DNA of 64,000 nt from a virus (lineage: Duplodnaviria > Caudoviricetes). The translations under genes were made by a program, and so were the position numbers. Position 1 is the stretch's first letter; each line of letters begins with the position of its first letter. The stretch lies in the IMG/VR virus record IMGVR_UViG_3300009873_000007, positions 1 to 64,000 of that record; one strand, written 5' to 3'. The notes beneath the pieces were generated by a model. The model searched no databases. It had not been told where the DNA came from and worked only from the letters and a program-made list of their open reading frames with translations. Below are positions 1-8,364 of the stretch, piece after piece.

Positions 1-10
1 CAATATCTAT

Positions 11-256
11 GTGGTGCTGACCGAGTTGGAGCGTGAAGTATTCGACACCATTATGAGCAAAGAGGCTGTTGCTAAAGAAATGTCTGAACAGTTGATCCAA
101 CACGTTAGGAGCTACGAAATGGACGAACTGAACGCCAGTCAGGAGAGGACGTTTAACTATCAAGCCAAACAGATTATGCAGCTCCCGCCGTGGTTAATTG
201 CCCACTCTGGATCGAACGGCTTCTCGAAGCAGAACCAGTATTTCAGCGTTCAATGA
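11..256 (+). CDS. hypothetical protein, possibly the 3' part of a gene entering the window
   Basis: 81-aa ORF at the window edge; its 3' end overlaps the convergent Arc-like gene. Confidence 0.35.
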   Translation: MVLTELEREVFDTIMSKEAVAKEMSEQLIQHVRSYEMDELNASQERTFNYQAKQIMQLPPWLIAHSGSNGFSKQNQYFSVQ

Positions 257-358
257 TCGAGAATCATCTTTTGACAGTTGAATGATTTGTTCGTGCAAGT
301 CGGTTGGGATGCGGATGGTCAATTTCTTTTCTGGCACTTGAGTTTGCGTCTTTGGCAT
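194..358 (-). CDS. Arc-like ribbon-helix-helix DNA-binding protein (54 aa, not in ORF track)
   Basis: Hand translation MPKTQTQVPEKKLTIRIPTDLHEQIIQLSKDDSRSLNAEILVLLREAVRSRVGN fits the Arc pattern (IRIP.DL...RSLNAEI); GAGGAG SD upstream. Confidence 0.85.
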   Translation of the reverse strand: MPKTQTQVPEKKLTIRIPTDLHEQIIQLSKDDSRSLNAEILVLLREAVRSRVGN

Positions 359-380
359 GTTGATCTCCTCGTTGCTATTA

Positions 381-460
381 ATGCCGCTATTATACCACTA
401 TTTTGCGGTTGCGCAAGTGTGTGTTACAATAGCGGCATAGTAACGGCATAATAGCGGCAA
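381..460. promoter_or_regulatory. divergent promoters with three ATAGCGGCA operator-like sites
   Basis: ATGCCGCTATT (381-391, inverted), AATAGCGGCAT (428-438), AATAGCGGCA (450-459); TATAAT on minus (389-394) and TACAAT on plus (425-430) overlap them. Confidence 0.65.
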
Positions 461-1182
461 TGGGGATAAACATGATTGAGTTTGATTGTATTGTCTGTGG
501 AAAACACGTCAAAAAGCGTTGGGCAAAGAATGACACTCGCACGCCAAAGTATTGCTCATTAGTGTGCAAGGCAGCAAAACAGAGAGAGCAAAGACCGGTT
601 GACCGGGAGTGGCTTTATCAAAAATATGTGGTTGAAGGTTTGGACTGTACGGCCATTTCCAAGATTGTCAATCGTAACTCAAAGCGAGTTTGGGAATGGT
701 TGCAAGATTGCGGCATTGAAACACGCAAGCGGGGTCATTCGGCCCCGATGGGATTTGGCAAAGGGCAAAAACAAAAACCAAGACCACAAACGCCAGAGAC
801 ACGAGAAAAAATTCGGCAGGCTAGGCTAAAAGATGGACACGTACCATACCTCAAGAATGGTGTGCATTATTTGAAGGGAAAGCGAGGTGCTGATACGCCC
901 AATTGGAAAGGTGGTGTAACACCAGAGCGGGCCAAAGTCTATGATTCAAAAGAATGGAAAGAAGCGGTCAAGGCTGTATGGGCCAGAGATAATGCAATTT
1001 GTCAACGTTGCGGCAAACACCATAACCAGACCGAATATAGAGGTACATTCGACATTCATCACATCAAAGGGTTTGAATGTGTTGAGCTTCGATGTGAACC
1101 GTCTAACTTAGTCCTTCTTTGTGAAGATTGCCATTACTGGGTGCATAGCAAAGCCAACGAAAGAGGAGAGTTTCTAAAATGA
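460..1182 (+). CDS. HNH endonuclease with Zn-finger and NUMOD3-like DNA-binding segments
   Basis: CxxC motifs, NWKGG, RDNAICQRCG...DIHHIK...NLVLLCEDCHYWVH. Confidence 0.9.
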   Translation: MGINMIEFDCIVCGKHVKKRWAKNDTRTPKYCSLVCKAAKQREQRPVDREWLYQKYVVEGLDCTAISKIVNRNSKRVWEWLQDCGIETRKRGHSAPMGFGKGQKQKPRPQTPETREKIRQARLKDGHVPYLKNGVHYLKGKRGADTPNWKGGVTPERAKVYDSKEWKEAVKAVWARDNAICQRCGKHHNQTEYRGTFDIHHIKGFECVELRCEPSNLVLLCEDCHYWVHSKANERGEFLK

Positions 1183-2099
1183 TCAACGTGATTGAACAAC
1201 AATTCGGCAAAAACTGGGCGGCATATAACGGGGATTCCGTGCAAGTGTTACCAGGCATCCCCGATGAATCAATCGACCTGTCATGTTATTCTCCTCCATT
1301 TTGTGATTTATATGTTTATTCCAACAGTGAATTCGACCTCGGCAATAGCCGCAATGCTGATGAGTTTTTCAACCATTACGCCTTTATCATCCGGCAATTG
1401 CTGCGAGTAACAAAACCTGGCCGCCTGACCTGCGTGCATGTGGCCGACATTCCCGCAATGGCGGTCAAGGACGGCTACATCGGCATGAAAGATTTTCCCG
1501 GCAAAGTGATTGAGGCTTACGAGGCTGCCGGCTGGATTTACCACGGCTGGGCAGTCGTCGAAAAGAATCCGCAAGCGCAGGCTATTCGCACAAAAGCGAA
1601 GGCATTGTTATTTGTCCAGTTGCGCAAAGACAGCACCGCCAGCCGACCGGCCATTCTGGATCGCATCCTGTTGTTTAAGAAGCCGGGTGATAATGCCGTG
1701 CCGGTGACACCGGTCGATAACGGTGAGATTGACAACGAAACATGGATTGACTGGGCCGGCGGCATCTGGACAGGCATTAGCGAGTCTGACACGCTGCAAT
1801 ATCAGAATGGCCGAGATGAAAATGATGAAAAACACATTTGCCCTCTCCAGCTTGGCACAATCGAGCGGTGCATCAAGATGTATAGCAATCCTGGCGAAAC
1901 GGTGCTCGATCCGTTTGGCGGAATTGGATCAACCGGACATGAAGCGATTCGTCTTAACAGAAGTTTCATTGGGATTGAATTAAAGCCATCGTATTACAAG
2001 CTCATGGTCAACAATCTTCAATCTGTTGAGTGGAACAAGAATCGTCCTTCACTTTTTGATTTGGTCGATCTTGTTCAACCATTGCAGCTTGTAGCATAG
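1179..2099 (+). CDS. DNA methyltransferase, N4-C/N6-A beta class
   Basis: SPPF catalytic motif near the N-terminus; VLDPFGGIGST...GIELK SAM-binding motif near the C-terminus. Confidence 0.92.
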   Translation: MINVIEQQFGKNWAAYNGDSVQVLPGIPDESIDLSCYSPPFCDLYVYSNSEFDLGNSRNADEFFNHYAFIIRQLLRVTKPGRLTCVHVADIPAMAVKDGYIGMKDFPGKVIEAYEAAGWIYHGWAVVEKNPQAQAIRTKAKALLFVQLRKDSTASRPAILDRILLFKKPGDNAVPVTPVDNGEIDNETWIDWAGGIWTGISESDTLQYQNGRDENDEKHICPLQLGTIERCIKMYSNPGETVLDPFGGIGSTGHEAIRLNRSFIGIELKPSYYKLMVNNLQSVEWNKNRPSLFDLVDLVQPLQLVA

Positions 2100-2775
2100 T
2101 CCAGTTTTGCATGGTTCCACTCTGTGACAGACGTTCTGCATATTTATGGCAACTGTCACAGAGTGAAATCAAATTAGATAAAGCGTTAGCCTTTTTAATT
2201 TCATCAGCATCAAAGAGTCTAAACGGAACAATATGATGAACATCCAAAGCTCGTCTACATTCCGATTCATTAATACCGCAAAACTGGCATTGATGCCGAT
2301 CTCTGCGCCTAGCCTCTCTTTGTTGTCGTTTCCAGTTGGCACCGTAATATGGCGGATGACCACCACGCCAGCAAGGATTATCTTCTCCCGTCCAGTTTTT
2401 AGCTTTCCATTCCCCAAAACACACACGATCACAAAACGCCAAATCTCCTTGTTTTGCATGCCAGGGTGGACGCTCCAAAAGTTTACCGCAATTGTTACAA
2501 AATCGATTTTCTCTACCCTTCCATCTGGGAGATTTTTCGCCTACAAAGCGCCCCTTGTAGGCATCAGACATACAGGAACGGGAGCAATAATTCGATTTTC
2601 CTCTACCGTATCTATCCGCTCGATTGGCCGGACTGCGATAAAACTCTTTGCCACATTGAGCACAAATCAAATTATCGCCTTTCCGGACATTAGGCTTAGG
2701 CGGAGCACCATTCTTCAATTCGGCACGCCGTTGTCGATGATATTCACGTCTTTTTTCTACATCTTTCCATGCCAT
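2008..2775 (-). CDS. HNH endonuclease, antisense to the operon
   Basis: Repeated CxxC...FC modules, RRRDRHQCQFCG...LDVHHIVP...NLISLCDSCH; GAAAGGAG SD. Confidence 0.9.
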   Translation of the reverse strand: MAWKDVEKRREYHRQRRAELKNGAPPKPNVRKGDNLICAQCGKEFYRSPANRADRYGRGKSNYCSRSCMSDAYKGRFVGEKSPRWKGRENRFCNNCGKLLERPPWHAKQGDLAFCDRVCFGEWKAKNWTGEDNPCWRGGHPPYYGANWKRQQREARRRDRHQCQFCGINESECRRALDVHHIVPFRLFDADEIKKANALSNLISLCDSCHKYAERLSQSGTMQNWTMLQAAMVEQDRPNQKVKDDSCSTQQIEDC

Positions 2776-2796
2776 AATAAATCTCCTTTCAGGAGT

Positions 2797-2825
2797 ATTA
2801 TATCGCTTTTCGGCGATAATGTCAA
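2797..2825 (-). promoter_or_regulatory. sigma70-type promoter for the antisense HNH gene
   Basis: TTGACA-17 nt-TATAAT exact consensus; spacer holds the inverted repeat TATCGC..GCGATA. Confidence 0.85.
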
Positions 2826-2883
2826 AAGAATTGCTATTGGTTCGGAGGCATATCTGCCGATGTTCGCAGCAATGGAGGCAGCA

Positions 2884-3036
2884 TGACCGATTTCGACAAT
2901 GACGGCACTGAAGACAACGACACGTCAGCAGCAGTAGTGGCGTTGGTCGGTGGTGCTGTAGTCACGTTGATTGCGGCAATCATCTATGCGATGCCGGTAG
3001 TTGTAAGTGTGGTTGCGAGATGGATCGAGGGATGAT
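2884..3036 (+). CDS. small membrane protein (~50 aa)
   Basis: GGAGG SD, ATG overlapping the upstream TGA, one hydrophobic segment. Confidence 0.5.
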
Positions 3037-3209
3037 CCCAGCGTGCATCATCAATAGCGATGGTGCATTGCTGGGAGGTGTAAGCGTTGACCTGGGAAGC
3101 CTCACTTACATCTCTAGTTCCTCTCCCTTTCCTCCTGGTGATGCTGCTGGCTCTGACCTGGCCGGCGGCATCACCTCCACACTGGGAGAATCACAAGGAA
3201 GGTGTAACG

Positions 3210-3968
3210 GTGTATGAACTCAGCTTATTCACAGGAGCAGGCGGTGGATTACTCGGAACTCACTTACTCGGATGGTTTCCGGTCGGATATGTGGAATGGA
3301 ATGATTACTGTCAACGAGTCATTGCCGCCAGAATCAGAGACGGAATCTTACCCAACGCACCTATCTTTGGCGACATCCGAGCATTCATCAGTGAAGGGTA
3401 CGCCGCAAGCTATACGGGACTGGTTGATGTCATTACGGGCGGATTCCCCTGCCAGCCGTTCAGCACAGCCGGGAAACAACTCGGAGCCGATGACGAAAGA
3501 AACATGTGGCCCGAAACAATTGAGTGCATTCGCATTATTCGACCTCGATACGCATTCTTGGAGAACGTTTCAGGCTTGCTTACTAACCGGTACTTTGGCG
3601 TTATTCTCGGAGACTTGGCCTCGGCAGGGTACGATGCAAGATGGTGTGTGCTATCGGCTTGCACCGTTGGTGCGCCACACACACGGGAAAGGCTGTTCAT
3701 TGTGGCCGACGCCGTTGGCGTCCGAGGCGGTGGGAGGCGGCAGCGCAAGGATGGCGCAACGATCACTGAATGGCGAGAAACGGAAAAGCGGAGCAAGTAT
3801 CACATTAAAAGTCGGCGACCTCTTAAGGCTCAAATATGGAATAGTGAAGAAGTCGATATTTTACGAATGGCTGATGGGGTGGGTTCCAAAATGGAGCGCA
3901 TTAGAGCCACTGGAAATGGACAAGTTCCGGCAGTGGTTAGAGCAGCATGGGAATTGTTAACGGCTTAA
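3210..3968 (+). CDS. C5 cytosine DNA methyltransferase, alpha-like chain (motifs I-VIII and X)
   Basis: LFTGAGG (I), GFPCQPFS (IV), ENV (VI), HTRERLF (VIII), ATGNGQVP (X); GTG start at 3210 after AAGGAAGG. Confidence 0.92.
   Translation: MYELSLFTGAGGGLLGTHLLGWFPVGYVEWNDYCQRVIAARIRDGILPNAPIFGDIRAFISEGYAASYTGLVDVITGGFPCQPFSTAGKQLGADDERNMWPETIECIRIIRPRYAFLENVSGLLTNRYFGVILGDLASAGYDARWCVLSACTVGAPHTRERLFIVADAVGVRGGGRRQRKDGATITEWRETEKRSKYHIKSRRPLKAQIWNSEEVDILRMADGVGSKMERIRATGNGQVPAVVRAAWELLTA
3214..3960 (+). CDS. overlapping +1-frame ORF, putative beta-like MTase chain carrying motif IX
   Basis: 248 stop-free codons nested in the MTase; WPTP.AS and EWLMGW.P.W segments resemble the TRD/motif IX missing from the main frame; true start unknown. 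Confidence 0.7.
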   Translation: MNSAYSQEQAVDYSELTYSDGFRSDMWNGMITVNESLPPESETESYPTHLSLATSEHSSVKGTPQAIRDWLMSLRADSPASRSAQPGNNSEPMTKETCGPKQLSAFALFDLDTHSWRTFQACLLTGTLALFSETWPRQGTMQDGVCYRLAPLVRHTHGKGCSLWPTPLASEAVGGGSARMAQRSLNGEKRKSGASITLKVGDLLRLKYGIVKKSIFYEWLMGWVPKWSALEPLEMDKFRQWLEQHGNC

Positions 3969-4048
3969 TCGTGTGGATGCCCTACACCGTCGCCGTCATC
4001 GCAGTAGCGGATCGTTTGTTGGTTCGGTTTAATTCAGGAGGTTTTCAG

Positions 4049-4321
4049 ATGGCTACTATCAGAAAACAACTCACCACCATGCAGCTAGACGAACTTCGCA
4101 CACATTTACCAGACATCGAATTTTCGTGTACCGAAACTGGCATTCATTTCGATGCCGTACACGAGGCCGCCATGCTAGACGCCCTCTGCGAGATTTTGCC
4201 GCCAGTGCGAGAGGTGCAACTGACCATGCCGCCACGCAAGCCACGCCCGATTGAGTATCGGCGGCCACAGCACAATCGGACTGTGCGCAATGCTGATCCT
4301 GTGTTCCTTGTGAGTTTGTAA
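4049..4321 (+). CDS. hypothetical protein
   Basis: ATG at 4049 after AGGAGG; 3' part of track ORF 3947..4321. Confidence 0.6.
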   Translation: MATIRKQLTTMQLDELRTHLPDIEFSCTETGIHFDAVHEAAMLDALCEILPPVREVQLTMPPRKPRPIEYRRPQHNRTVRNADPVFLVSL

Positions 4322-4537
4322 ATGGTTGAACCTGTTGGCTTTACCGACCGTGAGATCGAAATCCTTGAGTACATGAGTGAAAACACCGAAGCAACCTACT
4401 CAGACGTAGCGAAAGCGTTGTATATCAGCATAGCCACAGCACGCACGCATCTTGTCAGGATGCGCAGCAAGGCGAACGTACACAAAACTGCTGCATTGAT
4501 TATAGGATGGCGAGAACACCGCTGGGGGCATAAATGA
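4322..4537 (+). CDS. LuxR-type HTH protein
   Basis: FTDREIEIL...VAKALYISIATARTHL..MRSK. Confidence 0.8.
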   Translation: MVEPVGFTDREIEILEYMSENTEATYSDVAKALYISIATARTHLVRMRSKANVHKTAALIIGWREHRWGHK

Positions 4538-4628
4538 CATTCATCATCAATAACCTATGGCTCACCATAGCATTGATTGTCATCTCGTATGCCTGGTGCA
4601 GTGTGGAGATAGGACGGGGTAAAAGATA

Positions 4629-5243
4629 GTGAATAGACGCATAGGCATAGGAGTAGGCATAGGATTACTATTCCTATGCGCCTGCACCACAGAACCATCA
4701 CCAGAATATCTCGTGACGCTCACCAGCAGTGGTGGCGCATATTGCAGCGGGTCAGCAATTGACGATACCCACATCCTGAGCGCCGGTCATTGTGTGGCGT
4801 ATGGGTTGGACACGGTAACGATAGAAGGTTATGCAAGCCCTATACAAGCTATAGCGATGTGGCCGGAGATTGATACAGCACTCTATGAGACATCCAAACC
4901 GATGAACCTAGCGACCTACGCCACACCAGGAGATTTTTCACCACTGACCACAGCGCAGCTATACGGCTCGTGTCGGTTGGCAAACCACGCTGGCCGTCTC
5001 GTCACCTACACTGGCGGCTGGGTCGATACGCCGTACTGTAGCGGGTGGCGTGTGGCGATGACGTACTCGTGTAGTGGCGATTCTGGCGGGCCAGTCACAC
5101 AGGATGGCAGGGTTGTGGGTATGATGGTGCGCCTCGTGGACTGGCAGACTAGAGACGATATGAGTATCGGCAATCAATTGTGCATTGTGCCGGCGACGAT
5201 GATTCAAAAGCGTTTGGTCATGTGGAGAAGTGAAGATCAATGA
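4629..5243 (+). CDS. trypsin-like serine protease, predicted lipoprotein
   Basis: SAGHC, DTAL and GDSGGP triad motifs; signal peptide with LCAC lipobox. Confidence 0.85.
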   Translation: MNRRIGIGVGIGLLFLCACTTEPSPEYLVTLTSSGGAYCSGSAIDDTHILSAGHCVAYGLDTVTIEGYASPIQAIAMWPEIDTALYETSKPMNLATYATPGDFSPLTTAQLYGSCRLANHAGRLVTYTGGWVDTPYCSGWRVAMTYSCSGDSGGPVTQDGRVVGMMVRLVDWQTRDDMSIGNQLCIVPATMIQKRLVMWRSEDQ

Positions 5244-5515
5244 CTCACCTAAACGGCACACAGGACTGGCGAGACTACCACAGTAGCACTGTGCCAGCGC
5301 CTATGGCGTCCACACCTGGGCGGGTGTGGAATGGCGTCAGTGTGGGGAAGCCACCTGAGCCGACCGCCAATATGCAATTGACCGAGGGTGCGCCGATCAG
5401 TGATAGCCGGTACATCGTGATTACGCACGACAGCACACCAGAAGCGACGGCGGCGCTACTCAAGGCGAACATGGGCGATGCGTGGTGGGCTGAGTTTGTG
5501 GAGGTCGTGCGTTGA
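5240..5515 (+). CDS. hypothetical protein
   Basis: ATGA-coupled to the upstream gene. Confidence 0.6.
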   Translation: MTHLNGTQDWRDYHSSTVPAPMASTPGRVWNGVSVGKPPEPTANMQLTEGAPISDSRYIVITHDSTPEATAALLKANMGDAWWAEFVEVVR

Positions 5516-5757
5516 GCGAATACGAACAAGTTGACCATCCACAGCACTATAACAATCATCCTAGCGGCGTTGAGTGCATCACCATTATCGAATGGTATCC
5601 GGCCAACACCGCGATGGCGATGAAGTATCTTTGGCGTGCAGGTCTAAAGCCTGGTGTGGATGTCATCACCGATCTATAAAAAGCGATTTGGTACATTAAC
5701 CGAGAAATTCAACGATTGCAATACACGGAAGGTGAAAATGCAAAGTCAACCCGTTGA
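5512..5757 (+). pseudogene. DUF3310-like (T7 gp1.7-like nucleotide kinase) gene with in-frame TAA
   Basis: TTG start; VDHPQHY...KYLWRAGLK...DL*KAIWYINREI; TAA at 5677-5679. Confidence 0.75.
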
Positions 5758-6376
5758 ACTTGTTGCCATCCACGGTAGCGACCTCTCACACGCACAGGCG
5801 GCATGGTATAGCACTGCTAACGAATTGAGTGAGGAGAAAATCAAGCGAGTGCCGGCCATGCTCCGTATTTTGGCGCAAGGTGATCCGCCTGAGCATCTAC
5901 CCCACTCAGTACCATTTGAACACTCGTCAATCAGCTTTCGCATCACGAGTGAAATTGCAACGCATATCCATTTTTTGAAGCATCGAACCGGGGTGTCTAT
6001 CTCGTCACAGTCGGCACGCTGGGCAGAGTTCAAGCAGGATAGATACTATGTGCCGGAGGACTGGCCGGAAGTCCATCAAGAGGCTTTTCGCACTCACCTA
6101 CAGGCATCATTCACCTTGTATCATGCCTTGATTGATGTATTAGTGGCCGCCGGCATGGATCGCAAACGTGCCAAAGAGTCTGCCCGCTTCATCCTACCTT
6201 ACGCCACGCAGATTAACTATCTCGTAACGTTCAACTTCCTATCATTCATTCACTTTCAGAACCTCCGCAACACTGACCACGCACAGGCGGAAATTCGCCT
6301 GATCGCTGATGAGATGCTGAGGTTGGTACGAGAAACAGGCAAATTCACACATTCACTGGCAGCATGGGGGTATTGA
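5738..6376 (+). CDS. thyX: FAD-dependent thymidylate synthase
   Basis: HSVPFEH, KHRTGVSISSQSAR, ARFILP, FQNLR...HAQAEIR. Confidence 0.9.
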   Translation: MQSQPVELVAIHGSDLSHAQAAWYSTANELSEEKIKRVPAMLRILAQGDPPEHLPHSVPFEHSSISFRITSEIATHIHFLKHRTGVSISSQSARWAEFKQDRYYVPEDWPEVHQEAFRTHLQASFTLYHALIDVLVAAGMDRKRAKESARFILPYATQINYLVTFNFLSFIHFQNLRNTDHAQAEIRLIADEMLRLVRETGKFTHSLAAWGY

Positions 6377-6377
6377 G

Positions 6378-7001
6378 ATGATCTGGAACGATACCAAACT
6401 CCGTGAGTATTGCGAATCGCATAGCCTGGTGACGCCGTATGATTCTGAGTGTGTGAATCCTGCGAGTATCGATTTGCGGCTTGGCAATCTCATCAGAATC
6501 CCTAATACCGTATGGCAAGGAAGCCTCATCCGCCAGATGAAACCGGCGGCACTGACACAGATGATTGCTGATAATCCGTACTGGTCAGACCCTATCGAGT
6601 TTGATTCCCACTGGCTGCTACCAGGTGATTTTGTGCTATGCCATAGTTTAGAACTCGTACAACTGCCATCCACGGCGGCAGCGATTCTGGTGCTGAAATC
6701 ATCGATGGGTCGCAAGGGATTAAATCATAGCCACAGCGGCTGGGGTGATCCAACCTTCGGTTTAGCGAGTGAATCAAACCCAACAGGCGGCGCAAGCTGG
6801 ACATTTGAGCTTTATAACATCGCACCGTGGCCGGTTGAATTGAAAGCCAGCCAACGTGTGATCCAAATGGTGATGATGGATTTGGTTGCGCCGCCGGAAG
6901 TGGACTATCGCAGTGTCGGTCATTATGTTTATCAGACTGGCCCAACGCCAGCACGAGAATCATTAGCCTCAAAGGTAAACGATTCTGAGGTGACACCATG
7001 A
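6378..7001 (+). CDS. dcd: dCTP deaminase
   Basis: NPASIDLRLG, KSSMGRKGL, FELYN, Y..QTGPTP. Confidence 0.88.
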   Translation: MIWNDTKLREYCESHSLVTPYDSECVNPASIDLRLGNLIRIPNTVWQGSLIRQMKPAALTQMIADNPYWSDPIEFDSHWLLPGDFVLCHSLELVQLPSTAAAILVLKSSMGRKGLNHSHSGWGDPTFGLASESNPTGGASWTFELYNIAPWPVELKASQRVIQMVMMDLVAPPEVDYRSVGHYVYQTGPTPARESLASKVNDSEVTP

Positions 7002-7291
7002 GCGAATGGACAACCACACTGCCGACAGTGCCAGGATGGTGGTGGACATGGAACGGTTATGAGGCGTGGCCGATCTTGTTGCACGAATGGCAGGGACGAT
7101 TGTTCCACCAAATCACTACGGACATTGAAGAATCCGTGGAAAAAACCGGCACTCACTGGCTCGGCCCCATCCCCGTACCAGAGCCGCCAATGATTGATGA
7201 TCCTGATGACGATGCCGCCGATGCCGAGAGAATCAGGGAACGTGTGAGGTTGTGGAAGGCCGGCGAACTCGAAACTGTGCCGTGGGAGTAA
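6998..7291 (+). CDS. hypothetical protein (WT..PT.PG...WLGPIP family)
   Basis: Coupled ORF; resembles 29463..29702. Confidence 0.65.
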   Translation: MSEWTTTLPTVPGWWWTWNGYEAWPILLHEWQGRLFHQITTDIEESVEKTGTHWLGPIPVPEPPMIDDPDDDAADAERIRERVRLWKAGELETVPWE

Positions 7292-7488
7292 GTCAAACAA
7301 GAGTTAATCGACAAAGGTGTGCTTGATGCCGATACCGTAATTAGCACCAACAAGATTTACGTTGGCGATAACACAAGCAGCACCGCCGGAATAGCGACGA
7401 TTAACGACTAGGCAGCCTGTACCGTGCGCTACCACAGGCACGGACAAGCATCATCGCTACAAGTGCCGCATGGCTGAAAGTGGCGACC

Positions 7489-7752
7489 CTAGTCAACCTT
7501 GACACTGACGGATTCGGTGAGGGTGATATGGTCAGTGGATTTGACTTGTGTATCAGGTTCGAACTCAATCAAATCAGCGATGCCGCACTCCAACAGATTA
7601 CATAGTTTGTTGAGAATAGTTGCATCGTAGGTGGTGGCTTCATTAAGCCAGTATTTTTGAATGGTTGGATAAGAAATGCCGGTCTGCATAGAAATTTGGT
7701 GGCGATTGATTTTCTTAGCTTCAGCGACTTCTTTCAGACGCAAGGCGATCAT
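7489..7752 (-). CDS. XRE/Cro-C1 HTH repressor
   Basis: LRLKEVAEAK...TGISYPTI...LNKLCNLLECGIADLIEF; divergent from the early operon. Confidence 0.85.
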   Translation of the reverse strand: MIALRLKEVAEAKKINRHQISMQTGISYPTIQKYWLNEATTYDATILNKLCNLLECGIADLIEFEPDTQVKSTDHITLTESVSVKVD

Positions 7753-7823
7753 GGTTTTCTCCCGTCCAGTAAATGATATTTTCAACTGTTATAAATTCAA
7801 CCATAAAAAAGCAAAATTGCCTA

Positions 7824-7852
7824 TTGACATATTAGAAAGAAGTCTTTATAAT
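7824..7852 (+). promoter_or_regulatory. strong rightward sigma70-type promoter
   Basis: TTGACA-17 nt-TATAAT exact consensus. Confidence 0.85.
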
Positions 7853-7948
7853 GTTCAATTAGGAATTAATAGTTTCAAAAGCGCAGTTGCAAGCGTGGCG
7901 GCGAGCAACACACAAGCGCATCAGCGGTTCAGAAAAATAGGCGTAACG

Positions 7949-8045
7949 CATCCGTTGTAAATTCGGATGCTGCTTGGCACACCCGCCAGTGTGGAAATCC
8001 GCTGAAAAAAATTTCCAAGCAGCATGACCGAATTTGTAACGGATG
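7949..8045 (+). other. long leader RNA hairpin (~29 bp)
   Basis: CATCCGTTGTAAATTCGG-ATGCTGCTTGG pairs with CCAAGCAGCAT-GA-CCGAATTTGTAACGGATG; both mismatches are G.U on the plus strand. Confidence 0.75.
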
Positions 8046-8076
8046 TTTTTATTTCAGGTCACAGGAGGATACGAGA

Positions 8077-8364
8077 ATGTTTGTACACCTAGACCCACAC
8101 GGCCACATCGTCAGCATCCCGACCATCAACAGCGGGTGGGCGTATTGCAAGGTGTGTGGATGCTACTACAGCCGAGGTCAATTGCGATCCACCGTGACCG
8201 ATGCGGATCGCCAGCAGGATTTGGCCGATGCGATGGCGATCCTGGCGGCGATTGACGCCAATCCTAGTCTCAACACGACCTGGCAAGGCTTGACCTATGC
8301 CGAGCAAGTGCAACAAGCGAGATTGTATGAATCAGCTAACACCGAAACAACGCCAGATCGTTGA
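8077..8364 (+). CDS. hypothetical protein with CxxC
   Basis: AGGAGG SD; first gene after the leader. Confidence 0.7.
   Translation: MFVHLDPHGHIVSIPTINSGWAYCKVCGCYYSRGQLRSTVTDADRQQDLADAMAILAAIDANPSLNTTWQGLTYAEQVQQARLYESANTETTPDR

Noticed and set aside
2012-2825. Group I intron carrying the HNH gene
   Set aside because: I could not identify P7 or other core elements, and the HNH gene has its own antisense promoter. Not excluded without an Infernal search.
2233-2886. 217-aa plus-strand ORF
   Set aside because: Mostly the antisense shadow of the HNH gene; only its last ~22 codons look like a real protein end (see finding).
5677-5679. Alternative genetic code (TAA readthrough)
   Set aside because: TAA, TAG and TGA all end well-supported genes here; this is a single isolated case.
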